Shown: positions 1 through 11,600 of the stretch, piece by piece
Numbering within the stretch: position 1 is the first letter of the stretch
Layout of the letters: each line of letters begins with the position of its first letter
IMG/VR virus record: IMGVR_UViG_3300012953_000134
Location: 1-30,413 of that record
Reading direction: 5' to 3' (one strand)
Origin: a virus
Taxonomy: Duplodnaviria > Caudoviricetes
Length of the DNA stretch: 30,413 nt
Made by a program: the position numbers and the translations under genes
The notes under the pieces: model-generated
Seen by the model: only the letters and a program-made list of their open reading frames with translations
Told to the model about the DNA's origin: nothing
Database searches by the model: none

Positions 1-74
1 TGTCAATAGAATTCTATCAGACAGGTGCTCCTCATCCAGACACAATTAAAACTGAAATTTATGAGGACAATTAA
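1..74 (+). CDS. 3' end of a hypothetical phage protein (partial): ...SIEFYQTGAPHPDTIKTEIYEDN*
   Basis: Open frame from nt 3 to TAA at 72-74. The stop overlaps the next ATG (TAATG), the same coupling seen elsewhere in the operon. The 5' end lies outside the window. Confidence 0.65.
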   Translation, partial: SIEFYQTGAPHPDTIKTEIYEDN

Positions 75-220
75 TGGCTAAAGCAACAGGTGGTCTTAGT
101 GGTGGAGACTTTATACAATCACCTCCGAAGAAGACTCGACAAGGAAGAGGCAAGCATTCAAAATATACGGCAACCTCTCGTAACTCGGCTCGTAAGAGAT
201 ATAGAGGACAAGGAAGATAA
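74..220 (+). CDS. Small basic protein, 48 aa: MAKATGGLSGGDFIQSPPKKTRQGRGKHSKYTATSRNSARKRYRGQGR
   Basis: Translated by hand: ATG 74-76, TAA 218-220, SD-like GAGGA at 63-67, TAATG overlap with the upstream gene. 13 K/R against 1 acidic residue. Not in the ORF track. Confidence 0.85.
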   Translation: MAKATGGLSGGDFIQSPPKKTRQGRGKHSKYTATSRNSARKRYRGQGR

Positions 221-247
221 ATACCTGGAACTGAGTATAAATAAATA
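216..247 (+). promoter_or_regulatory. T4-type late promoter cluster upstream of gp25
   Basis: Exact T4 gp55 consensus TATAAATA at 236-243, an overlapping ATAAATA at 241-247 and GATAAATA at 216-223. The gp25 ATG is at 260. Confidence 0.85.
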
Positions 248-259
248 AAAACTCGTCCA

Positions 260-661
260 ATGGCAATAACAAGGATATCAAGATCATTTAAAGACATTAG
301 TTTATCTTTTGATCCTCATCCTGTATCGAATGATTTAAAAGTTCTAAAGAATGCGGATGCTATTCGTAGATCTGTAAGAAATATTGTTCAAACTATACCA
401 ACCGAAAAATTCTTTAATCCATACTTTGGATCTGATGTTTATAAAAGTCTATTTGAATTTGTTGATTTTGGTACAGCTTCAACAATACAATCACAAATAG
501 AGATTGCATTAGATAATTATGAATCTAGAATTCAGAATGTACAAGTTATAGTTGATCCAAGACCAGACAATAACGAATTTGAAGTAACAATCATATTTGA
601 TATTGTTGGACAAGAGTTTCCTACTCAAGAATATTCTTTCCTCTTAGAGGCAACCAGATAA
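260..661 (+). CDS. gp25: Baseplate wedge subunit gp25 (GPW/gp25 family)
   Basis: 133 aa with FKDISLSF..HP, AIRRSVRNIVQT.P.EKFFNPYFGS and YESRI motifs. Lies directly before gp6, as in cyanomyoviruses. Confidence 0.93.
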   Translation: MAITRISRSFKDISLSFDPHPVSNDLKVLKNADAIRRSVRNIVQTIPTEKFFNPYFGSDVYKSLFEFVDFGTASTIQSQIEIALDNYESRIQNVQVIVDPRPDNNEFEVTIIFDIVGQEFPTQEYSFLLEATR

Positions 662-662
662 C

Positions 663-2615
663 ATGCCTTTTACTAAATTTCAAAATCTTGACTTTGATCA
701 GATAAAGACCTCCATCAAAGACTATCTACGTGCAAACTCAGATTTCACGGGATTTGACTTTGAGGGGTCTAATTTTTCTGTATTAATTGACACTTTAGCA
801 TATAACACATATATTACTGCATTCAATTCAAATATGATTGTAAATGAGTCTTTTCTAGATTCTGCAACATTAAGAGAGAATGTAGTATCACTTGCAAGAA
901 ATATAGGGTACGTACCACGCTCTAAAACGGCAGCAACGGCACAAATATCCTTTACGGCACCAATTACAACAGAGACTAAAATAGCGACTCTAAAGGCAGG
1001 ACTTGTATGTGTAGGCGATACTCCTGATAGTTCTTATCTATTTTCAATATCAGAAGATATATCAGCTCCTGCAGTATACAAATCTACTCAAAATGGAGAC
1101 GAAGTATGGGAAGCAAAATTTAATAATATTGAAGTAAAGGAAGGTGCTTTTCTACAAAAAACATTTGTAGTTGATTCATCGTTAGATCAAAGGTTTATTT
1201 TAGATAGTTTTGGTATTGATTCATCTACAATTAAGGTATATGTTAATGGGCCAAATGATATTTCACCAGAAGGAGCACTTGGTGAAGAGTATTCATTAGT
1301 AGAAAATATATTAAATATAGATGCATCATCAGAAATTTATCTTTTACAAGAGATCCAAGATGAAAAATATGAATTGTTATTTGGTGACGGTAGAATTGGT
1401 AAGAAATTAGATAATAATAGTGTAATTACCGTAAATTACATTATTACAGGTGGTAAAGATGGTAATGGTCTTGGTAAAGGAAACTCATTTTCATATTCAG
1501 GAAGAATAGTTGGTGATAGTGATAATACTAATATTGTAGTAAAAAGTTTGAGGAATTTACCATTAGTGATTACAAATTTAGCATCACAGAATGGTTCAAA
1601 CATAGAATCTATAGATTCTATTAAATATTATGCTCCTAGAATATATTCTTCACAATATAGGGCAGTAACACCACGAGATTATGAAGCAATAATTAAAAAA
1701 ATCTATCCAGATACTGAATCTGTAGCTGTTGTAGGTGGAGAAGAGATGGTACCACCAGAATTTGGTAACGTAATTATTAGTATTAAACCAAAAAATGGTT
1801 ATTTTGTCTCTGGATTTAACAAATCTAGAATATTATCGCAGTTAAAACAATATACTGTATCAGGAATTAACCAAAAAATTGAAGATTTGAAGATTTTATA
1901 CGTTGAAATTGACAGTTCTGTGTATTTTAATGATGCAAGAATTACAAATGCTGAATCTTTGAAAACTTTAGTGAATAAATCATTAAATGCATATGGAAAT
2001 TCTCTAGAAGTTAACAAATTTGGTGGTAGATTCAAATATAGTAAGGTTCAGAGTGTAATTGACAATACACATGATGCAATTACATCAAATATTACTAGAG
2101 TTATTATTAGAAGAAACCTAAAATGTGCCTTAAATCAGTTTGCACAGTATGAATTGTGTTATGGAAACAGATTTCATGCAAATGCCAAAGGATTTAACAT
2201 AAAATCTACTGGTTTTTATGTTTCTGGTAATATGAAACCAGTATATATTACAGATACACCAAATCCCAACTTAGAATCGGGGATTATTTCGTTTGTGGAA
2301 ATTAAAGATGATGGATCTTACAACGTTGTTAGTAAATCTGCGGGAACTGTTGATTATTTAAAGGGGGAAATTCTTATTTCTACCACAAATATAACAAGTA
2401 CAGTAGATGGAGATGATCATGTTCAAATTCAAGCAATTCCAGAATCAAATGATGTAATTGGATTAAGAGAACTTTATCTTGATTTTAGTGTTTCAAAAAG
2501 TAAAATAAATATTGTTAGGGATGTGATTAGTTCTGGTGATGAAATAACTGGAACAACCTTTATTAAAGATTTCTATACATCAAGTTATCTAAACGGACAA
2601 TTAATAAGAGAATAA
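663..2615 (+). CDS. gp6: Baseplate wedge subunit gp6
   Basis: 650 aa with LDFDQIK..I, DFDFEGS..SVLID.LAYNTY, ESFLDSA.LRENVVSLAR.IGYVPRS, YELLFGDG..GKK and ESIDSIKY.AP....QYRAVT..DY motifs. Confidence 0.95.
   Translation: MPFTKFQNLDFDQIKTSIKDYLRANSDFTGFDFEGSNFSVLIDTLAYNTYITAFNSNMIVNESFLDSATLRENVVSLARNIGYVPRSKTAATAQISFTAPITTETKIATLKAGLVCVGDTPDSSYLFSISEDISAPAVYKSTQNGDEVWEAKFNNIEVKEGAFLQKTFVVDSSLDQRFILDSFGIDSSTIKVYVNGPNDISPEGALGEEYSLVENILNIDASSEIYLLQEIQDEKYELLFGDGRIGKKLDNNSVITVNYIITGGKDGNGLGKGNSFSYSGRIVGDSDNTNIVVKSLRNLPLVITNLASQNGSNIESIDSIKYYAPRIYSSQYRAVTPRDYEAIIKKIYPDTESVAVVGGEEMVPPEFGNVIISIKPKNGYFVSGFNKSRILSQLKQYTVSGINQKIEDLKILYVEIDSSVYFNDARITNAESLKTLVNKSLNAYGNSLEVNKFGGRFKYSKVQSVIDNTHDAITSNITRVIIRRNLKCALNQFAQYELCYGNRFHANAKGFNIKSTGFYVSGNMKPVYITDTPNPNLESGIISFVEIKDDGSYNVVSKSAGTVDYLKGEILISTTNITSTVDGDDHVQIQAIPESNDVIGLRELYLDFSVSKSKINIVRDVISSGDEITGTTFIKDFYTSSYLNGQLIRE
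2504..2511 (+). promoter_or_regulatory. Candidate late promoter (AATAAATA) inside the 3' end of gp6
   Basis: NATAAATA about 110 nt upstream of the gp7 ATG. The gp6-gp7 gap is only 4 nt. Confidence 0.5.
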
Positions 2616-2619
2616 TAAT

Positions 2620-5600
2620 ATGATACAGACTGGTTTTGAATCAAGAGTAAAGATTCAGCAAATTCTTAGTAATCAATTTCCTGATTACATAAAAGCTGAA
2701 AGTCCTAAAGCTATAGATTTTTTAAAGCAATATTATATTTCTCAAGAATATCAAGGTGGTAATGCAGATATTATCAACAATCTTGACCAATATTTAAAGG
2801 TTGATAATTTAACTCCTGAAGTTGTTGTTGGTTTTACCACACTTTCTGCTGGTATTGGTAGCACTGATAGTACAATTCAGGTTTCTAGTACGAAAGGATT
2901 TCCAAAAAATTATGGTTTATTGAAAATTAATGATGAAATCATCACATATACTGGAATTAGTGATGATGCTACTAGTTTTACTGGATGTATTCGTGGTTTT
3001 AGTGGTATTACTTCTTATCATGCTGAATTAAAACCTCAAGAATTAGTATTTTCTTCATCAGAATCATCTTCTCATCTATCAAATTCAAATATTGAAAACC
3101 TAAGTTCTTTATTTCTCAAAGAATTCTATAAAAAACAAAAATATACATTTACTCCAGGATTAGAGGATGTTGATTTTTCTCCAGAAGTTAATGCAGGTAA
3201 CTTTATAAAGGAAGCAAAAAGTTTATATGAATCAAAAGGAACGGATGAATCTTTTAAATTGTTATTTAATGCATTATATGCAGAAACACCTAAAATTATA
3301 AACCTTGAAGAATATTTAATTAAACCTTCATCAGCTAATTACGTTAGAAGACAAGTATTAATTGCAGAGCCTATTTCTGGAGATCCTACAAAATTAATTG
3401 GACAAACTTTATATAAATTAAATGATTTAGACACTAATGCTTCAATATCAGAGGTAGAGCCATTTACCAGGGTAAGTATAGCGGCAACACAACCTAAATT
3501 ATACTATAAAATATCACTTTTCCTTGGGTATGATGATTCTACACCAACAATACAAGGAAATTTCACAATTACTCCAACATCAAAGGCAATTCAAACTGTT
3601 GGTATAGGTAATAGTATTATAACTGTTGATTCTACAGTAGGATTTGGAACTACTGGAACACTTTCTGTAGGCATTAACACTAATATCAACTATACACATA
3701 AAAGTGTCAATCAATTTTATGGTTGTAGTGGAATTGATGATGCAGAAATATCACCAGAAGATGTTGTAAGAAATCAAGATATTTATTTTGGATATGAAGA
3801 TGGTGACTTTAGTAAGGATCCAGTTCAATTAAGAATTAATGGTGTAGTATCTAAATTTGAGCAAATATCAAAAAGTATTGATGTTGATGAAGGACAAATA
3901 ATTGCCGTTAAAAATGTAGGAGATTTAATCGAAAATCCACCAGAAGATAGAACATATAAAGAAATTTTTGGAAATTCTTGGATATACAATACAAGTGTAA
4001 GATTTCAAATACAGGATAATACTACACAAGATGGATTTGATGCAAATAATGTTATTTTATATCAAAATATTGATAGATCAAGTTTAAAATTAGGTGATGG
4101 GGTAGGAATATATCGAAGATCTTCTAATACAGATATTTCTGATGGAAAGGTAAAAGTAACTTCTTTAAACCAAGATCCTGCTAAATGGTGGAGAACAAAA
4201 ACAAAAGAACTTAAAGTAGGTGTAACTGATCCACTAGACTTCACTGGTGAATTTGATATTAGAAGAAAATTGAGTTTACCTGTTAGTATAGGAGCATCTC
4301 TAGCAGACTCTAATTTTATTTCTGATGTACAAAATGTTTATATTGATAATACAAATAAGGAATTTTATGTAGCTTCAAATTCTTTACCATCAGGAAGTAA
4401 AGAGATTGGTAATAGATTTGCATATGATATTTTTACTAATGTATTATCAGATTCTAGTAGTAATTTGGTAGATGTAATAACATCAGTCGCAGGAATTAAT
4501 ACAGACTATAAGTATGGTGCTGTACAATTTACAAATAATGTACCTTTTATTGATGGTGATCAGGTCAATTATAATGTTTATGGTAATCTACCTTATCTTG
4601 GATTAGAAGATGGAGGAATTTATTATGTTGGTATAGCTAGTGGATTTTCTAATAATACAATAAGAATTTATAATTCTAGATCATTAATCGATACTGAAAA
4701 TTATATTAAATTGGAAACTCAATCAGGTAATCCATTTGAAACTGGACATACTTTTACATTGGGATCTCAAAAAAGTAGAGTAATTTCGGCAAAGAATACA
4801 TTTAGAAGATTTCCATTTATTCCATCTAATAATAGAGGAGAACAAACTAAAACTAAAGAGGGTTCTACAGGAATATTAATTAATGGTGTAGAAATAATTA
4901 ATTATAAATCAAATGATAAAATTTATTATGGACCTTTAGAATCTATAGACGTTTTAAATTCTGGAGAAGATTATGATGTAATTAATGTACCATATATTTC
5001 AGTTAATGTTGGAATTGGTACAACAGCATTAATTCAACCAGTAGTTAAAGGTTCAATTACTAAAGTAACTGTAGATGCTCAAGGATTTGATATTAATAAT
5101 ATTGTGTCTGTTTCTGCTATTGGTGGTGGTAAAGGAGGTGCAGTTTTAGAACCTATAATTGCTTCAAAATCTAGAAATGTTTTATTTAATGGTGCATTAG
5201 ATATTTCTAGTGGTGGTGGTATCAATACTAGTTTAAATACTATCCATTTTATAACTGATCATGGTTTTAGAAATGAACAAGAAATAATTTATAAATCCAA
5301 TAATCAAGATGGAATTGGTGTTGGTATAGGAACTTCAACTTTAGTTAATAATTCAACATATTTTCCTCATGTTCTTAATAATACTACAATTCAACTTTAT
5401 GGTTCGGTTGAAAATGCATTATCAGGAATTAATACGATTAACTTTAATGGAACTAATTGTTCTGGTGTACATGAGTTTGTAACTCTTCCTACATCAAAAT
5501 CTCTTACAGCAATTTCTGTAGTGGATGGTGGAACATTTACAAATAGAAAATTAATAGTTAATTATTCTGGAATTTCTACTCAATATAGTACTGTTAATTT

Positions 5601-8600
5601 CAAAAATCATGGATTTGATGAGGGAGATACTGTAGTATACACTAACACTGCTGGTGCAGGTGTTACAGTTGGGGATATTATTCCTGTTTCTGGATTGAAT
5701 ACTACAAATCAGTATAAAGTTGTTAAAATTGATAATGATTCTTTCTATCTTACTGATGTTGGAATTGGTGGAACTAATATTGAGAATTATCAAATAAAAA
5801 ATTATGTTTCTCTCAATAGTACAGGGGCTGGATATCATAATTTTGCATATCCTGATATTTCAGTTTCTGTAAAATATTCCCCTGTTGGATTTGGAACTAC
5901 GACACAAGAAACAGAAGAAATTACACTAACCCCAACAATTAGGGGAAATATTGTAGATGCATATCTATATGAAAGTGGAATTGGATATGGTAGCACAATA
6001 CTTAATTTCCATAAAAAACCACTTATATCAATAAAAAATGGTAAAGATGCTGGAATAGAACCAATTATTATAAACGGTAGAATTACAGGAGTTAATTTAC
6101 AGTTTGGTGGAAGTGAGTATTATTCAACCCCCAGTATAGAAATAACAGATTCTTCAGGTAAAGGTAGTGGTGCAGAATTAAGGCCGATAATTGTAAATCA
6201 AAAAATAGCGAGTGTTGAGGTTATTAATACGGGTATAGGATATTCTGCTACAGATACATCAATAAACGTTGTTTCAGCAGGAAAGAATGCCCTTATAGGA
6301 TCTAATGTGAGATCTCTAACAGTCAATATAAGAGAAAAATATGGTAGTGATGAAATATTAATCGATAATGGTAATACTTTAAATTATAGTGTCTGTGGAT
6401 ATGCAAATACTATAAGACATGCGTTTGGTGAAAATGTTTCATCTGGAAGTACTCAGGCTTCTAAAATTATTGGATGGGCTTATGATGGAAATCCCATATA
6501 CGGTCCTTATGCTTATTCCAATCCTTCTATAGAAGATAATGCTCGTTCCATGGTTTCTGGGTATACATTATCATCTAATGTTGTAGATAGACCATCAGGA
6601 TTTGATTTGGGTTATTTTGTAGATGATTATGAGTTTACTAATTCTGGAGATTTGGATAGGAATAATGGTAGATTTGGTAAAACACCAGAATTTCCTAATG
6701 GAGTGTATGCTTATTATGCAACGATTGATACTACTGGAATAAGTACTCAACCAGTATTTCCATATTTTATTGGTGATAGTTATAGAGCTTCAGAATTAAA
6801 TCAAGAAATATCACAAGATTTTGATTTTAAAAATTCAGATTTAATGAGAAATACTTTCCCATATAGAGTTTCTGAAAAATATGCTGATAATGATTTTATA
6901 ATAGAACCTAATGAGATTGAAAATCAAAAAATTGAAGTAGAAAGTGTTACTTCAGGATCAATTACCAAATTAAATGTTATTGATTCTGGCGAAGATTATA
7001 AAATAAATGATATTTTAAACTTTAATAATGAAAATACCGATGGTAGTGGATTATCAGGTAAAGTTGTTTCTATAAAGGGCAAAACTATCGATAAAGTGAG
7101 TACTGCATCATCAATTTATCAAAATGCAATATTTACTTGGGATGGTAATAAAGGAACAAAAGTAACTGTATTACCAAATCACAATTGGAAGACTGGTGAT
7201 AATATTATTGTTTCAGGATTATCCACAACATTATCAGATCTAAATGGGCCCTATAAGATAGGAGTTACTTCCATTACTTCCACATTAATACGACCAATGA
7301 CTCCAGCAAGTGTTGGTGTAGTGACTGAAATTTATATTTCAAATATTCCAAATAATATTTCTATTGGTAGTTCTGTAAAAGTAGAATCTGAATTAGTTAA
7401 ACTATTAAATGTATATGAAGATGAGAAAATTTTAAGAGTTATGAGAAATACCTCAGGTGTAGCACATACATCTACCACTCTTCTAACATTTACACCAGAT
7501 TCATTTAATATTAATAAAGTAACAGAACAATATGATTCTGAATTAAATCAAAAATTTTATTTTAATCCATTTTTAAGTGTTGGATTTGGAACTGAAAGTG
7601 GTGTTACTTCTACGACTACTTATACTTTTGGGGATACTGAAATTACTCAAAAAATTCCATCAAAATCAATTTGGGCTCCAAGACATAAATTTAAAGAAAA
7701 TGACGAAGTAACATTTAGTAAATCACCTGATGGTGGATCAGATATTACTATATCTGATGGATCATTTACGACTCAATATAATCTTCCATCTACTGTCTAT
7801 ATTTCCAATCTAACACCAAATACAATTGGTATAAAAACTGGTATAGGTACAACTTCTGGGGAATTTACTGATGTATTTTTCCGTGGTGGTGGAAGTAATA
7901 AGTATGATTATCTTTTAGAATCTAATCCAACAAAGGAAACAGGAAGAGTTCAGAAATTGGATGCTACTGTTTCAGTATCAACGTATCACAATTTACAGAT
8001 TAATGATATTATAACTTTAGATATTAAACCAAAACTCTCTGTTGGAGTGGGTACTGGGACTACCGTAGCAGTTACAAGAAATACAAATGATGGGTTTATT
8101 TTAGTTGATAGATTTGTATTTGGAGAGAATAATGTTTCTTCGTCTACTTCTACAATTACTATTACTGGACATAAGTTTATAACTGGAGATAAGATTTATT
8201 TTGAAAAAAGTACCTCTTCTCCAATAGCTGAAGGTTCATATTATGTTTATGTTATTGATGATGATAATTTCAATTTATGCAAAACTTATAGTAATGCTAC
8301 ACAAAATCCACCGATTATTGTAACTTGGAGTGGAAGTCCAGCAATAGTATATGCTATGGCTAAAGTTAATCCACAAATTGAAGTAGTTAAAAATAATAGT
8401 TTAGTATTTAATTTGGATGATAGTTCATTATTAAATTATAAATTAAAGTTTTATTATGATGACGAATTTAAAAATGAATTTGTTTCTACTGCAACTACTA
8501 CGTTCAATATTCTTAATGAAGGAACTATAGGTGATGGAAGTACTGGAAAATCAACAATTTCTTTTAATGATCAATCTCCTAATGTTTTATATTATTCTCT

Positions 8601-11600
8601 GGAACGAAGTGGGTTTATCAGTACTTCTGATACAACCGTAGTTAATGGATCACAAATTAAATTTATTGATAGTAAATATAATGAAGATTATAATGTTACA
8701 GGAATTGCTGATACATCATTTAATATATCTCTAAAACAAAATCCAGAGAAATTAACATATTTACCAACTGAGTGTGATTCTATTACATATAAAACATCTT
8801 CACTTTATGCAAAAGGTGGTATTTCTAATGTTCAAATTGTTTCTGGTGGTAGTGGATATAAAAAATTACCTACTTTTGTAGGTTCATCTTCTACTGAAGG
8901 TAATGGTGGATATGTTGTATCTGAGTCTGATGAAGTTGGTGATATTAATAAGATTAGAGTTATTAATGAAGGATTTGAATTTTCTGTTGATAATACATTA
9001 GAACCAACTGCTTATATTTCACCCTCTATTGTTATTAAAGATAGTAATAAACTTGGTGTTGTTACTGTAACCGATGGTGGGTCTGGCTATATAAAACAAC
9101 CTAATGCTGTTATTGTTAACTCAACTACAGGAAATAAAATTAATAGTGGATTTATTGAAGTTTCCATGGTTGGAAATGCAATTGCTAATATTAATGTAGT
9201 AAGACAACCAAGTGGTCTTCCAGATATTCCAGCAAAAATATTTACTACAAATAATAGTAATGGGGTTGGTATCAAAACCATAATGAGTAATAATAGTGGA
9301 ATATTTACTTGTTATATTAATACACCAAGTATTGGTTTTAACGTATTACCATTTACAGTAAATGATGATGTTTATGTTGAAGGAATTGTAAGTATAGGTA
9401 ATTCTGGTTCAGGTTTTAATAGTGAAGATAATGGATTTAACTTTGCTAAAGTTAAAGAATATGATACTTCAGGATTAGATCATAAAGTTGTTGTTGATTA
9501 TACTGGAATTTCTACTAATGTTGGTTTAGCAGTTACTGATCAAGCTTCTTTAGCATCTCTTATTAATAAAAATAAGTATCCTCAGTTTTCAATTACACAA
9601 GTATCAGATAGTTTTATTATTGGTGAAAAAATAATTAGAGATTCGATAACATTAGATTTAATTATTACAAAATCTGATAGTGATTTTATCAAAATATTAG
9701 GAACAGATACTTTGTTTGTAGGAGATATTATTACTGGAAGAGAATCTGGAACAAAAGCTACAATTGCTAGTATTTCTGACAATTATGGAAAATATGAGAT
9801 TCAATACTCTGTCCAAAAGAATATTGGGTGGTATGATAATGTTGGAAAACTTAGTGAAGATGATCAAGTAACTCCTAATAATGATTATTATCAAAATCTT
9901 TCATATTCTATTCAAAGTTCTAAACAATTTCAAGAATTAAGAAATCCAGTAATTTCTCTACTTCATACTAGTGGATTAAAGAATTTTGCAGATACTGTAA
10001 TTAGTTCATCTTCTATTATAGAAACTAATAGTTCTGATAGTTCAATTAGTATTAGAGATGTCATTACAGATAATAGAGTTGATACAGTTTATAATTATGA
10101 TTTTGGTTTTGATTTATTAGAGAGTGCTGGTGCATCATCTAAATTTATAAGACTTAAAACTAAAAAATTGAGTGATTATATTGTATGTGAAAGTAATCAG
10201 GTTTTAGTAGTTGATGATATAAGTAATCAATTTTCTAACTTAGAAGGAGAACCTAGTGACTTTCTTAATATTCTTAAAGTAGATTCAAACAATACATATG
10301 AAAATATTTTCATTAAAGTTTCAAATTTAACAAAAACTGATACTCAGGTATCGGAACTAACTTTATTGAATAATGGAACTAATATTAGTTTATTAGAAAA
10401 TAAGTTTTTACCAGATGATCAAAATATTGGTACTTTTAGCTTAATAAAAGATCAGTTGGGAGATTCTTATATTAGATTTATTCCTTTACCAAATGCATTT
10501 GATTATGATTATGATCTTAAAAGTATTAATACAAAATATCTTTCTGATGTGGTAGGAGTTGGTACTGAATCTATCGGTTTTGTTGATATGACTGGTTATA
10601 TTGGAGTTGCACCAGGAATTACAAATACTGGATTAACAACAACAACTATTCATAGTGTAGACAAAACTCAATATAATTCATTCCATGTAAAGAATCAAAT
10701 AACTAATTTGACAACTAATGATATGGAATATGTTGAATTATATGTTACACATGATGGAAGTGAAACTTATATTTCAGAATATTTTGCCGATAATACAGGT
10801 TTTAGCAATGAAGCATCTATTGGTTCATTTAAGGGTAATATTGATGGATCAATATTATCTCTAAATTTTGAAAATAGTTTATCAAATGATATTATGATTA
10901 AGTCTGATATCGTGGGATTTGGATTAACATCTGTTGGTATTGGTACATATAGATTTGGTATTACAAATCAACCAGACGGTGCAGAAAGGTCAGCACTTTA
11001 TCAATCCACATATTCAAATCAAACAGCTTCAGAAATTAATGTATCTGGTCTTTCTTCATCTTTATTTGATGCATCCAGATCTGTAGTGCAAGTTAGTGCT
11101 GGATCCACAAGAGCACTTCATCAAGTTATTATGAATCATAATACTACAGATATTTACATTCAACAAGCTCCATTTATATCTGCAGGTTCTACTAGTGAAT
11201 ATGATTCCAGACTTGGAATAGGAACATTTGGTGGAGTTTTTGATAATGATGATTTTAAATTAAAATTCTATCCAAATAGTGAGTTTACTTCTTCTGCTGT
11301 AGAAGTTGCTGCATTTACTCTAGGTGTTTATAGTGATTTTGATGTTGTTAATAGTGATGATATACAAGATTTAAATATTGGAACTTTAAATCAATCTGTA
11401 AATTTATTTCAATATAATGCTCTTAATGGTGATAGAATTAATAGAACTTCATTTAAATTAACTTCTGAAAAAACACCTATTTTTGGAAAAGTTTTTGATC
11501 CTACTAATACTAATATACTTAATTTAAATACAGGTAAATTTAATATAAAAGATCATTTCTTTAGAACTGGTGAGGAATTGGTATATAATCCATATTCAAC

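Noticed and set aside
46-297. 83-aa minus-strand ORF
   Set aside because: It is antisense to the better supported 48-aa ORF, the late promoter and the gp25 start, and has no recognisable motif.
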